Notes: a model not told the origin generated them from the letters alone. A stretch of DNA of 64,000 nt from Octopus sinensis (GCF_006345805.1 NC_042998.1:11904001-11968000); one strand, 5' to 3'. Positions 13,012 through 25,469 are shown, counted from the stretch's first letter. Translations and numbers: made by a program.

Positions 13012-13665
13012 ATATTAGCCAAGTCCTCTTTAGATCACACACTGCTGTCTTCAACAAGATATGAAGCATTCAATAATGTAGTCCTAGCTGTAAAGAAAAA
13101 AGAAAAAAAAGAAAAGAAAATGATAGTCGCTGGTGAAGTGCATTATGCCATAAATCTTCTCAACCAGCGAAGACCTGAGTAGAATAACAATAATAACGGC
13201 TTAGTGTTTGACTTACCTTTACAAAGCAACGGAATACATACAATATATTGGCTCATACACTGACATATGCACTCATTTAACGCAACATGGTGCAACATTG
13301 TATTTCCTTTAAATAGACTTGCTTTGTGCATATTTGAATATTTCACAGATTTTCCTGGAAATTTTTCACTTCCAAAGCCTTGCGCTGCCTTTTAACCAAG
13401 CTACCGACTGAAATAAATCAGACTAAATTAGTATTTATATTGCTCACATGAATAACGTTCCCTTGGAATTTGAAATATTGCACGTTTAAAAATAAATATT
13501 CAGTCCTAACACCTTAGGACTTGTTAATACTTGTACTTAATGAGGTTATGAAGTAGTCGAAATCATAAATATTCTGTGTTTAATAAATTTTGTCGGGTTG
13601 AAGAACAATACAAACAAAATTTGAATAAAGATGAGTACATAAAGTACTGCTATTGTCGGTAAAGT

Positions 13666-13960
13666 GGAGGCACATGACCTAGTGGTTAGAGCAGTGGACT
13701 CGCGGTCGAGGGATCGCGGGTTCGAATCTCAGACCGGGCTATATGTGTGTTTATTAGCGAAACACCTAAGCTCTACGCGGCTCCGGCAGAAGGTAATGGC
13801 GAACGTCTACTGACTCTTTCGCCACAACTTTCTCTCACTCTTTCCTCCTGCATCTTGCAGCTCACTTGCGACAGCCCGTCCAGGTGGGGTACCTATACGC
13901 CAAGGAGACCGGGAAACCGGCCCTATGAACCAGGCGTGGATCGAGAAGGAACAAACAACA
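13666..13960 (+). mobile_element. SINE family C variant with a different 3' tail
   Basis: About the first 185 bp align with family C; the sequence then diverges to ...ggaaaccggccctatgaaccaggcgtggatcgagaaggaacaaacaacaa. Confidence 0.8.
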
Positions 13961-14019
13961 ATTGTAAGTAAAATTATTATATCCACTAACATACAGTAGT
14001 TGAAATCTGGGACTATATC

Positions 14020-14212
14020 TTTTATATTTTATTTGTTTCAGTCATTAGATTATAGCCATACTGGAATACCGCCTTGGAGGGTTTAGTGAAACAAATTGAC
14101 CCTAGTACATTTAAAAAAAAAGTCTGCTATTTATTCTATCGTTCGTTTTTACTGCACTGCTTGCTTACGTAAACAACCAACACCAGTTGTCAAGTGGTGG
14201 TGGGGCAAACAC
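14020..14212 (-). mobile_element. SINE family A, 3' half
   Basis: Diverged tail module tttcagtcattagattatagccatactgga. Confidence 0.7.
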
Positions 14213-14235
14213 ATTCATAAAGCCATATGCACATA

Positions 14236-14654
14236 TATATTTCTTTACTACCCACAAGAGGCTAAACATAGTCGGGACAAACAAGGACAGACAAAGGGAT
14301 TAAGTCGTTTACATTGACCCCAGTGCGAAACTGGTACTTTATTTATCGACCCCGAAAGGATGAAAGGCAAACTCGACCTCGGCGGAATTTGAACTCGAAT
14401 GTAACGGCAGACGAAATACCTATTTCTTTACTACCCACAAGGGGCTAAACACAGAGGGGACAAACAATGACAGACAAAGGGATTAAGTCGTATACATCGA
14501 CCCTATTGCGTAACTGGTACTTAATTTATCGACCCCGAAAGGATGAAAGGCAAACTCGACCTCGGCGGAATTTGAACTCGGAACATAACGGCAGACGAAA
14601 TACCGCTAAACATTTCCACCGGTGCGCTAACGTTTCTGCCAGCTCGCTGCCTTA
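14236..14654 (-). mobile_element. Tandem SINE family B dimer (full copy plus 5'-truncated copy)
   Basis: tatttctttactacccacaag occurs at about 14236 and 14420, each followed by the core. Confidence 0.88.
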
Positions 14655-15139
14655 TAAAGCCATATACACACATAGATAAATACATACATAATCCCGACAC
14701 ATTTTTCTCTCTCATTTTTTTTTCTTTCTCTCCACTTCTGTTGAAGAGCGTAGTTTCGAAACGTCAAAGACATTTCCCATCTTCCCGAGCTCCAAATTAA
14801 AACACTTGTTGTTCCCTCGCCTATCTTTGTCTTTTGTTCTCTGTACATTTGAACTATATATATATAGCAAGAGGCGGGGTATAATATCCAGGCAGATACC
14901 GAATTTCTAGGAGTAAAAGAGCAAGTCGGGTTCCTTCAGATAGTACGTTCTTTGGTAAATTTCGTTTAGATCCCATCTTATAGTTTATTTCTTGGCTACT
15001 TAGAGTGTAAAGTACAATATTGATAACAAAGAGTGAAAAATTTGAACATTCATACTTCATGTTTATTTCCAATTGGGTTATTTTTATATGAGTAAACTAA
15101 CTGGAAATAAATATAAAGTTTGAATGTTCAAATTCTTCC

Positions 15140-15148
15140 TTCTCCTTA

Positions 15149-15198
<50 letters not shown>

Positions 15199-15239
15199 GT
15201 ATATTTGTATGTATGTATATATGTATGTATATATGTATG

Positions 15240-15283
<44 letters not shown>

Positions 15284-15323
15284 ATATATATATGTTTGCA
15301 TGTATGTATATATATATATGTAA

Positions 15324-15365
<42 letters not shown>
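15140..15365. repeat. (TA)n/(TATG)n microsatellite
   Basis: Direct reading. Confidence 0.95.
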
Positions 15366-15366
<1 letters not shown>

Positions 15367-15368
15367 AT

Positions 15369-15503
15369 GACGGAATTCTTCCACGTTTCGTCTATCAAAT
15401 CCCTTCACAAGGATTCGGTTGACCCAAGGCTATACCAGAAAACACTTGCCGAAGGTACCATGCAGTGGGGCTTAACCTAGAATCGCACAGCCACGCCTGC
15501 ACC
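15369..15503 (-). mobile_element. SINE family A, 5' half, diverged
   Basis: Ends in cacagccacgcctgcacc, the family A head in reverse. Confidence 0.7.
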
Positions 15504-16152
15504 TATCTATTTATAACATAACTTTAGAATATACGAATAATATACTTTACTATGAACCTAATTCAGTTATTTCTATGCCTTATCATAGGAGATGTTTCTT
15601 AAAACTTATGCATTTGTGTTACTCTCTCTCTCTCTGACTTGTAACTATTAGGTATCATAGGGCCACTGAATTTATTGTGATTAAAGATTTTATTGTGATT
15701 GATTGAACTTTTCAGTATTTTGACACTGTAGTAGTAGTAGTAATTGTAGTAGCAACATCAGTAGTACTAGTTGTAGAAGAATTGGCACTAATGTAAGTAG
15801 TAGTATTAATCGTCGTCGCAATATTTGTTGTTGTTGTTGCTGATGTAGTGCTCTTGTACTGCTCTTGATGAACTTTGGTAAACTAGATCTCTAATATGTA
15901 AACTCTCATTCAAACAGAAAAGTTTGACTCATTGAAATCAGGTCCATTACTGTAGATGTACTGTACATCAACTTAGTTAATGTCGTGTATTCTCAAACTT
16001 CCCAGTATGGGAAAATAATCCAAACGACGAGTCCTTGGATGAAGATTTCGATAACTGATGCGTCAATTCCCTATAAGATACAAGATGTCAGTTAGAAACC
16101 TGTTTTGTTGTATAGCATAGTCAGTGATGGTAGACTGTATCTGCCTTTGCAG

Positions 16153-16281
16153 AGCTTGTAAGGTTAATGAGGCAAAGGGAAGAAGAAACTATGACAACTG
16201 TGAAGAAGGGCACCAGATTATGGATGATTCCCAGACCGTCCGAAACAAACAATGCTTAGCAGCATGTATTCAGATATTATT
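16153..16281 (+). other. Candidate 129-nt internal exon
   Basis: Acceptor ctgcctttgcAG, donor GTGAGT, length divisible by 3, one frame open end to end. No homology recognised. Confidence 0.25.
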
Positions 16282-17478
16282 GTGAGTGAAGAACTGAATA
16301 AAGTTGAAATAGTTTACATATTTTGGTGTTCGCGAGAGGAACAAAATGCAGCTTTGAACATATTAGGCCGCCTTGAGAGTTATGTTGTTTAAAAAGCACT
16401 GTTTAATGTGAAAGTTCACCGAAGTGTGTTTCGTTCTTTCATTCATAACAAAACTCAGATACTTGTCTTTTGATGCCATTACCAGGATTCTGGCAAACAA
16501 TTGACTTATGTGTGGTAAAAAGAAAAAAGAGTTAAAATGTTGATTGAAGTAGCTATATCTAAAATGTTTCAAATAAACATGTTATTTCATTGTATCATTT
16601 ACGGCATTTTTAGACTACATAAGCTACAAAATAAAGTTAGTTTTAGCTTTGAAATATGTAAATATATATAACCTTTTTAACTTAATGCTACATCAGTAAA
16701 ACTAATCGCTATTGAAGTAGCGTCGAATTGATCTAAAAGAAAATAAATATACATTCACTTGTCGAAAAGAGATTTATAATTTCGAATACAAAATATTTCA
16801 AAACTACTGATCAATCGAAATGCGACAACCACAAGTAAAAGACAACTAAAAATATAATACAAATAAGAATACGGAGAAAAATAAAATGAGAGAGTCTGGA
16901 AATTGTGATAACTCAGATATGATAATTGATAGCAAAGACTTCTCAGAGTAATAGGTGAATATTTAACAGTAGAAACAAATACACAAGAACTTATACAAAA
17001 CAAACATACTAATAACACTACCAGACATTGCAAATTTATTCAGTGGAGCGCGTTAAAAACAATAGAATATAAAAGAATAAGAAAACCGAATAATGAGCGT
17101 TTCGAAGACGAATAGAGTCGCGTGGTTTAGTTGTGGAAGTACACGATAAAATATGAATACTAGAAGAACACCGCCAATAGCACCAATAGCACCGATGACT
17201 TAATTAACGACGACAACACCAACAATAGTACCACCACTATCAAGAAGAAGCAGAGCAAGAACAACAGTAATTCTTTGTTTATTTTGCTATCATAATCCAT
17301 TCATACATGCCTTGACATGTTGTAAAGAGACATTGTGGGTACGTCCATTCAAAGTCATATAAAGATTAGGTGGAGGGAAACATATACAATGTACGAAGAC
17401 ATATTTTTTAAACAATTAATTAATTAATTAATTACAACAAATATGCATACACAAAATAAATATAAATATATAGACATA

Positions 17479-17537
<59 letters not shown>

Positions 17538-19492
17538 CAAATGAATAAATATACACACAGTTAAATGAAATATAAATTTTAAAATTAATTTTAAAACCAA
17601 TACAAGTAAACAGCTTTCACACATGTGGAGCCACCATTGGGATTTGAAGAGTTCACTACATAATTCTGGCCATGTCTCTTTTTCATGTACTCTGCTTCTA
17701 TTTATTTTCACTGTTTCCGAAGGCACATCTTCCTAATATGCCCTCCCCATTGTCACATGATGATGGAATAATACTGTTGGTTATGACGATTGTGGAGGAG
17801 AACCCTTACCACCAAACATTGATGATGAGATTGTTCTTTTTTGTTATCCTCAAAACAACAAGTGATTCAATCGGTAGAGGTATGCAATTGGTAGATTCCT
17901 CGATCCAAAATATTCATTACTGCTGCCTGTGCTGTTACTTTCTGTCTTTCTTGGCCTTTCTGGCTTTTCTATGTAGAAAGCACTCAAATAATTATTATTG
18001 CCATACGTCTAACAGATAGGTTTCTGCCTTGCACTACTAGCTAATACCATTTATTTCTTCCTCCCCAGCAGGGTACACTCTTCCGCAGTAACTTCGAAGT
18101 CTCCATACGGATATCACGACTTAAAATGTCTTTATAGACGTGTTACCTGTCCACGTGTAATTTTTGGTTAACTCAGGGTCACAACCTGTCGGTATTGTGC
18201 CATGAAGGTAAAAATGAAACAAAAGATGAGCGTTGCCAATGTCTCACCTTGACTCCCGTGTTGCCTTTCCATATCTAGTGGAAGATCAGTTTATGGACAG
18301 GTGTGGTGATGCACTAGGTTTGCCTGTTTTCTCACCTTGTCTTTAGTTATAGGAACCAGATACACACCTCCATATGCTCTGAGTCGATTAAGGTAAAAAC
18401 ATGCTTCCATGTATCAGCTCAGTCTTCCAACAACAGGTCTTTCTAGAGCGCCGTAGGAAAATCTCTTTGTTTGCGAAGCAGAGATGCTGCCGACTGCCAC
18501 CTTGTCCGTTCTTGAATAAAACAGCTCAGAAAGAAACCACTCACACCACTGACATACCATTAACATGCAGTTGAGCAATGTGTGCTGCCAGTATCTGCTT
18601 GACTAGTGAAACTAAGAAACGAATTTTGTTGCTGTTGTAGATGATAGTTTCCATTGTATCATTAGAAAAAATATTTTTATTAGTTAAAGATCTTTATTTT
18701 TTCATCGGTAATCAAGTACATATGTCTGTCGGTTTAATTGAATTAGTTTTCTTTTTCATCTCATTGTACTCTGTGTTGTTATGTTCATTATTACATAGAG
18801 ACGTTTCCTGTTCTTCTGGAAAGGGAAACCATATTGACATAAATGAAAATGTATGTAAACATACAAAATATAGATAAACGTTCAAAAACATACATTTTAG
18901 TCTGTCTTAGGCATTCGGGTAAACGTCCAGACATTCGGAAATTTCTGTTTAATATTGTACAAAAAGTGAGCATTTTATGCAGTAAACCTGGAAAGCGTCC
19001 AACCCTCTTGAAGCAGTTTGACAACCCATATCTTCTTTTTAAGCAGTTAACAATAAGAACAACAGCAATAACAACAAACAGCAACAAAAGAAGCAGCTAC
19101 AACAATAATAATAATGATTTCCTTACTAGTCTACAGTAGAACTTGTAGTGAGAGGTTTAGACTATGAGCCACAATTTCACCAATAAATTCACCCTGCACA
19201 GTTGTTTTGCTTCTTAGCCAGCAAAGACGACAGCGTGGAAATACTCCTGGAAATTTATTGTTTTTATTGACGACTTGTTTTCCACATTTTGCCTCGTGAG
19301 GAGAGTATGAAAACGAAACGTTCGGTCGCCTATAGCCCTGGTCGGTTTAACAAGATTAAACTTCTGAAAAGGAACAAAACACGGGCTTACGGTCCTCTTA
19401 ATACTCATTTAGCATCGATAATGAACATTGATAGTAGTAGCAGTAATTATAGTAGTAGAATAATTACTACTTGCTGCTGGTGTTCCTACTGC

Positions 19493-19497
19493 TGCTT

Positions 19498-19553
<56 letters not shown>

Positions 19554-19566
19554 GCTGCTGATGCTG

Positions 19567-19598
<32 letters not shown>

Positions 19599-19635
19599 GC
19601 TGCTGCTACTACTACTACTACTACTACTACTGCTG

Positions 19636-19674
<39 letters not shown>

Positions 19675-19690
19675 AAACAACAACAACAAC
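19493..19690. repeat. (TAC)n/(TGC)n trinucleotide tract with (CAA)n end
   Basis: Direct reading; source of the poly-S/L/Y ORFs. Confidence 0.97.
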
Positions 19691-20959
19691 AATTTATTCT
19701 ATAAAATGATTGCACTATGTATTTTGAACCATGCAGCCAATTTCTAAAAGAAAAGGAAATGTGATACCTAAATTAGACACATACAATCCACCAAGAAAGA
19801 TGTCGTTTCAAATTAATAGGTACAGCCTATTCATTAAACTATTTCAATAGTTTATGGTTAGGTTTAACAAAAGTCGACAATCTGACAAGTAATTAGACAT
19901 CGACAAATGAAACAAGGTAGCTATCAAAATTTACCTTAGGAAGTTATTAGTCAGCGAACGACCACTTGCAAAACTAGGAAAATACATTTAGATGTACCCA
20001 TTTATCTACACGTCAGTATAAATATACATTTATATACATCCATGCATACATAGAGTTGGTTTGTCATAAAATGAGCTATGGCACATTGTTAAGGACCGGC
20101 TTGAATTCTACAAAAGCAAGTGCTTAAACAAACTCCGAAAACGCACAGCCACACATATGCATACACGCATACAAACACACGTGCACATATATATATAATG
20201 TTATATGTATTTTTATATTTCGGGATGGTCATTCTTTTCCTTGCCAGATAAAGACATGCATTATATATTCATTCTTCACTTGTTTATCACTATTCTTATT
20301 TCATGTTCATTGTCTGGAAATGCTTCGTCAGTCATCCTGTCACTTCTTCAATGACTCTCCATTCTATTTTATTTAGTCCATTTTCTTGCAAAACAAATAC
20401 ATAAACAAACGGTAAGTGTTGTTAAGCCATAACGAGGTAAAGTAGTGAACGTTGGAGCAACGAGCTTTGACAGGAGACAGGCAAAAGCGTGTCTTGCCTC
20501 TTGTAAAGCAAGATGGAAAAACGAAGATAGCCGCTGGTCATGTGTGAGAAACGTGAGAGTCAAGGAGGAATAATGAGGGAGAGAGAGGGAGAGAAAGAGA
20601 ACGGTGAAGGGAAGAAGAAAACAGAAAGAAAAGAATGAAGAATAATAGAGGGAGAAACAGCCCTTACCCTTTGTTTTTACTGTCTTGTTCCTACTGCCCT
20701 GTTTTTGTCACTACTTTAACCCTCTGCAAATCCCAAATTTTATTTAATTTGCTTTGCGGGAGTGACCGCTTTAACGAAGTTGCGTCTTGTCCAAACGTTC
20801 GAAACGCAGAGTAGATAAAACAGGAGACAACTGATGAAGTGATTGTTCTTTATGTTGCCTGTCTCGTTTACATTAATCTGAGGGGTTTCATACACATAGA
20901 CACACACACTGACGCACACACATATTTACTTAACTTAGATATTTTTCGGCCAGCCCTTG

Positions 20960-21240
20960 GTCATGTCTAACTTAATAGACAGTTTTGGAGTAACGTTTTG
21001 TGGTATCATGGCCCATTCAAGTAGGGAGTTGTTGACTAACATGAATCCAGATTTAGGTGACTTAACTGGTATCTCTTAAAGAAATTTCTTCAGGTTTCGT
21101 TTGAAGGTAACGGGATCCTTTTCTTCTTTGATTTGTTTTCGGATCTTAAATAGAGCCGAGCCTCTTGAGGAATTTATATTGCAGTGGATTCATGTGATGT
21201 CAGCCTGAATTGTGTAGGAGACGTACGACATATAAACCCA
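20960..21240 (-). mobile_element. CR1/L2-group LINE 3' fragment
   Basis: Minus frame RGSALFKIRKQIKEEKDPVTFKRNLKKFL parallels AETDPIKFKKSLDKFL near 35270. Confidence 0.6.
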
Positions 21241-21354
21241 GCCTTGGATGAATTCTGATCATATATGTATATATATTCATGTGTACGTATATATTCGTTT
21301 ATACATACATGCATACATACATATGTATGTATGTATATATATATATATATATAA

Positions 21355-21550
21355 AGTTAATCCAAACAAGAAAGCACAAAAAAACACAACAATGCGATGA
21401 CGTGGTACAAATATAGTATTATTGGACGCTCAGGAAAGAAGGAAAGAAGGAGGGTTTAACGTTTCGAAACATAGGAGAAGGAAAGATCCAGAGAAGGGAA
21501 GGCAGAGGAAAAAAAATCGCCAACGGTACACAAGAGGTCAAATTTTGAAA
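21355..21550 (-). mobile_element. Short PLE-pLTR-like element (family D) abutting (TA)n
   Basis: Terminus agttaatccaaacaag is shared with 58993 and, inverted, with about 35570. The pLTR assignment is inference. Confidence 0.65.
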
Positions 21551-21551
21551 G

Positions 21552-21554
<3 letters not shown>

Positions 21555-21586
<32 letters not shown>

Positions 21587-21622
21587 CACACACATATATG
21601 TATATATATATATATATATATA

Positions 21623-21676
<54 letters not shown>

Positions 21677-21700
21677 TGCATACATATATATGTATATATA
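21555..21700. repeat. (TA)n microsatellite
   Basis: Direct reading. Confidence 0.95.
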
Positions 21701-22523
21701 CCTGGATATATTTCTGTATGTGTAAATGTGTGTGGTGGTGGTGGTAGTAAAGCACTTAAGTTGTTTACGTTTATAACGAATATATTACATTTGCACACAA
21801 GGTTTAGCTGACAATTCAATAAAAATGAAGAGAGAAAAATGTTCAGAGCCATGATATTACAATTTGAAGGGAAAACAAGTAGATGCTTCATATGATATAA
21901 TACAAATATATTATGTGTCTTCTATAGACACTAAAATGTTTATGTAGTCAGGCGTTGATAAAAATATATGCATGCGTAAATTATACTGTATGCCAAAGAA
22001 CACAAATACCCTCATTAAAGCGTTCGTAAAAATACATTCATGAATGATCGATAATTGCATTCATTGCAATGAGTGCTTCGACTTAGTTCTATTTAGATAT
22101 CATTATATATCATTACATTATTTCTCTAAACTGGTTTTCTGAATATTAGTTTCAAATTTCCTTTTTAGTATAAATTCCGGTGATTTTTGAGCAGTGTTAC
22201 AAATTATATGACAAATATAATGAGTCTTTTTGTTTTGACTGTTTCCCTATACTTTTAGTTTATATGGTAAGGTGAACGTTAAGATTAATAATCTTACACA
22301 CACACACGCGCATAAGAATCTTGTACACACGCATACACAGGCACACACACACACATACATCTCTTCATATATATATATATATATATATAATTAAGAGGAA
22401 TAGCCTCTATTAAGTAATTCAATTGATTGTGGAAGATATTATCTATATTAAATTATGTAGAAAAATTTTTAATATATTATGATAAATATTCTAAAAATCA
22501 TTAAATTAAATAAACATTAAATT

Positions 22524-22622
22524 GACTACGCGCGTTTCGTGACTATATCTTAAAAATTGATAATAATAAAATCGATATAATTAAAATTAATTCGATTTAA
22601 AAATATATCCACTCCTCAGGTC
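22524..22622 (-). ncRNA. Type I hammerhead ribozyme motif with intact core and long stem II insert
   Basis: Minus strand: GAC-CTGAGGA-GTGG...TCAC-GAAAC-GCGC-GTA-GTC, with palindromic helix III ACGCGCGT. Confidence 0.7.
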
Positions 22623-22870
22623 TAAAATAACAAATGTATGTATCTTCAAGTGAAGGTGGATGAGTATATACATATTGGCGCATGTACGTGGGTGTGCGGG
22701 CAGGCATGTGTATGTGCGCTTACGCGATTACTATGAACATTTTTACTCCCTTACTTTTAATCCCTCCCCTTTCTTAGCGGTCATTCTAATAGCTCTTTTC
22801 TCTTAATAACGGTCAATCACACGGTAATTTCCCCCTGTTTTAACGGTCATTTTCAAAGCATTTTTTTCGA

Positions 22871-22944
22871 TGGCCCGATAACTGAAGAGATGCCGGCGTG
22901 GGTTTCCGCGCCGACATCCGAAACTCGGAGTTTTATCATGGCTA
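22871..22944 (+). ncRNA. Type I hammerhead ribozyme motif at the 5' end of a PLE
   Basis: GATAA-CTGAAGA-GATGCCGGCG...CGCCGACATC-C-GAAACTC-G-GAGT-T-TTATC. Stem I is GATAA/TTATC and stem II is about 13 bp with one mismatch. Confidence 0.78.
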
Positions 22945-23141
22945 CAGAATAATTGTCACATATTATATTTACAGATAAATTCCTCTGTTTACATAATATC
23001 GAGGTCTCTTTCATTCTGTTGTTGTCTTGCCATTTCTGTCAATAACTTACCTCCCGTACAGCGCTAATAAGGGTCAATACAGCTTGTTTTGGAAAATCGC
23101 CAGAAATCGGTTGAAGACTCTGCTCCGCAGAAGAATTCAAT

Positions 23142-25190
23142 ATGGACGCCTACAACATCGACTATTCTATAAAAAAAACATACCTATACCATCAAGGGAA
23201 CTATCCTCTAAGAAACTTTTGGAGAAAATTACAGACCTTATTAAGCGCATGAGATGGAAAGCTTTCTTTTATAACACGGAAAAGGACACTACATAGAATA
23301 TATTCTATGGTATTAAATCAAAGAAATTCCCTCCAAAAGTCAAAGGCTTGGGAGACTTCTAAGCGGACCTACTGAAGCTCATTAACAAAATAAAATTTCG
23401 TAAGTCTTTTAACACTTTCCAACAGAAACTGAAAAAGATATCAATTACATAAAGAGTTCCAAAAAAAGGCCCTTTTTCCGATAAAACCAAGAACTTATAC
23501 CTAGTAGAAAACAGCACATATTCACTACTTCTACACAACAGCATCGTCAATAATTACACCAAAGCTAGGGCCGCAAACCTTTAACGAATTTACTAAAGAA
23601 GCTAGCATTATCGCCGCCTGACTTAAATTAGATAAAAAATCTAGGTCCTCCCCAAGAAAGATGCCCTTATAACTATCAAAGACCATAAAAAGAACTTTCT
23701 ATCTAATCCTAAATGTAGGCTTATTAACCCAACTAAATCAGAACTTGGCGTTATTAGTAAAGAAATTTTAGGAAAAATCAATGCGAAAGTCAGGAATGCC
23801 ACTAGGTTAGTACAATGGTCCAATAGTATAGAAGTCGTTGACTAGTTTAAAGCCATTAAGAATAAGAATAATGCGAGATTCACGCAATTCGATATTGTAG
23901 ATTTTTATGCGTCTATTTCTAAGGAACTGCTAGATTAAGCCCTCACCTTCACTAGCAAAATCATAGAAATCAGTACACAGGTTAAGGACATAATCTTATA
24001 TGCTGGAAAGACTTTACTCTTCAGCGAGAACGCAGAGTGGGTCAAGACTACCGATACAGAGGGTGCTTTCGATGTGAGCATGGGATCATATGATGGAGCA
24101 GGCATATGCGATCTTATTGGACTATTCCTACTCGATACGTATACTTTGCTATTTACAAAGATGATGCCCTCACTTTAACCGCATCAAATTATCCATTTGA
24201 TGAAAACTTTCGGTCTTAGCATAACTACAGATACCAACCTGACGGTTGTCAATTTCCTAGATGTATCCCTAGATCTAAATAAGAATATTTATTAACCTTA
24301 TAGGAAGCCCAACGATAGACTTATATTAATGTGGGTTCCTGTCAGCTCCCCCCCTATAGTGTTTAAAAAGTTAAAAACATTAGCAAAAGAATTTCTAGCC
24401 TCTCCTCCGATAGGGACATTTTTAATAGCGTTGCCCCAGTGTAAAATAAGGCTCTAAAAGATAGTGTATTTAGCGAGGAAATGACGTATACACCTGCCAC
24501 CAGTCTAATAATAAAGAAGAGGAAACATAGGAATAGAAAAACTATCTGGTTCACACCCCCTACTCACCCGAGGGGACCTTCAATATAGGCAAGTATTTCT
24601 TAGCACTGATAGATAGACATTTTCCAGTTAAGCATAGTTACAGAAAGCTCTCCAATAGACATAACTTAAAAATCAGTTTTAGCTTAACTACTAATTAAAA
24701 AAATATAATCGCACACAACACACCAAAATCACAATATGAAGCCAGCTGTTCATGTAGGGATAAAAATTTGTGCCCGCTAAATGGAGCTTGCATATTCGGG
24801 ACCATCATTTATGAAGCCACCGTGGACTGTATATCCACTAAGATCACGGTTTCGACGAAGAAACACATGGGCCTTACAGAGGTTAATTTCAAGACCAGGT
24901 TCAATAATCACACATTGAGCTTCAGGCACTGGTATAAAAGGAAAACGACTAAATTGTCCACTCATATACGGTCCTTAAAATATAAAGGTGTCAGTTACAA
25001 AATCCATTGGAAGATCTTAGCCAAGTGTAAGCCCTACACCAACGGCAGCGGAAAGTCCGGTCTTTGTGATATGGAAACATGGTTCATCTGGAAAAGCAGT
25101 TTATACCCCGCCACATGTCTAAATTCAAGAACTGAACTTTTCGGATAATGTCCGTATGTGGCTAAATATTTGTTACGTTTTTGGACCTCC
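23142..25190 (+). mobile_element. Near-full-length degenerate Penelope-like element (RT plus C-terminal GIY-YIG), possibly Hydra clade
   Basis: Across frameshifts: MDAYNIDYSI-KNIPIPS, KRMRWKAFF, CRLINPTKSELG, FDIVDFYASIS (motif A), FDVSMGSYDGAGICDLIG (B'), YKDD (C), NFLDVSL, IWFTPP, CSCRDKNLCPLNGAC, MGLTEVNFKTRFNNHTLSF. Confidence 0.9.
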
Positions 25191-25469
25191 GAGATTACAG
25201 ATAGGACTTGCTTTCTATATCGTATCCACATACAAGCTTTTTATCTCTCAATACTTTTTACTTATATTTCTTATATATTTTTTATATATTTTTACATATT
25301 TATAGAGATATTGTTTTATAGTTTTATTGCTCATATATTTTTTTACACATAATTTTTCTGTATTCTACAATCGACAAATACTACGCATGATTTATTTCAG
25401 CTCTTTACACTCTCAATTTAAATCCCATTGATATCTGATTTCTCTCTTCTCTCTCGGAGATCGATAAAA

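Noticed and set aside
18050-18560. Possible old LINE endonuclease relic on the minus strand
   Set aside because: Only a vague TW...LID resemblance, insufficient to call.
19291-19330. gtgagga...gaaacgtt hammerhead-like string (similar one near 20770-20850)
   Set aside because: The core is broken and stem II cannot form.
19467-19715. Poly-Ser and poly-Leu ORFs
   Set aside because: Translation of the (TAC)n tract.
24740-25160. Possible selenocysteine recoding in the PLE, as reported for some Naiad elements
   Set aside because: The Cys codons of the CxC and CPLNGAC motifs are intact and the nearby stop is TAA. The endonuclease is C-terminal, unlike Naiads.
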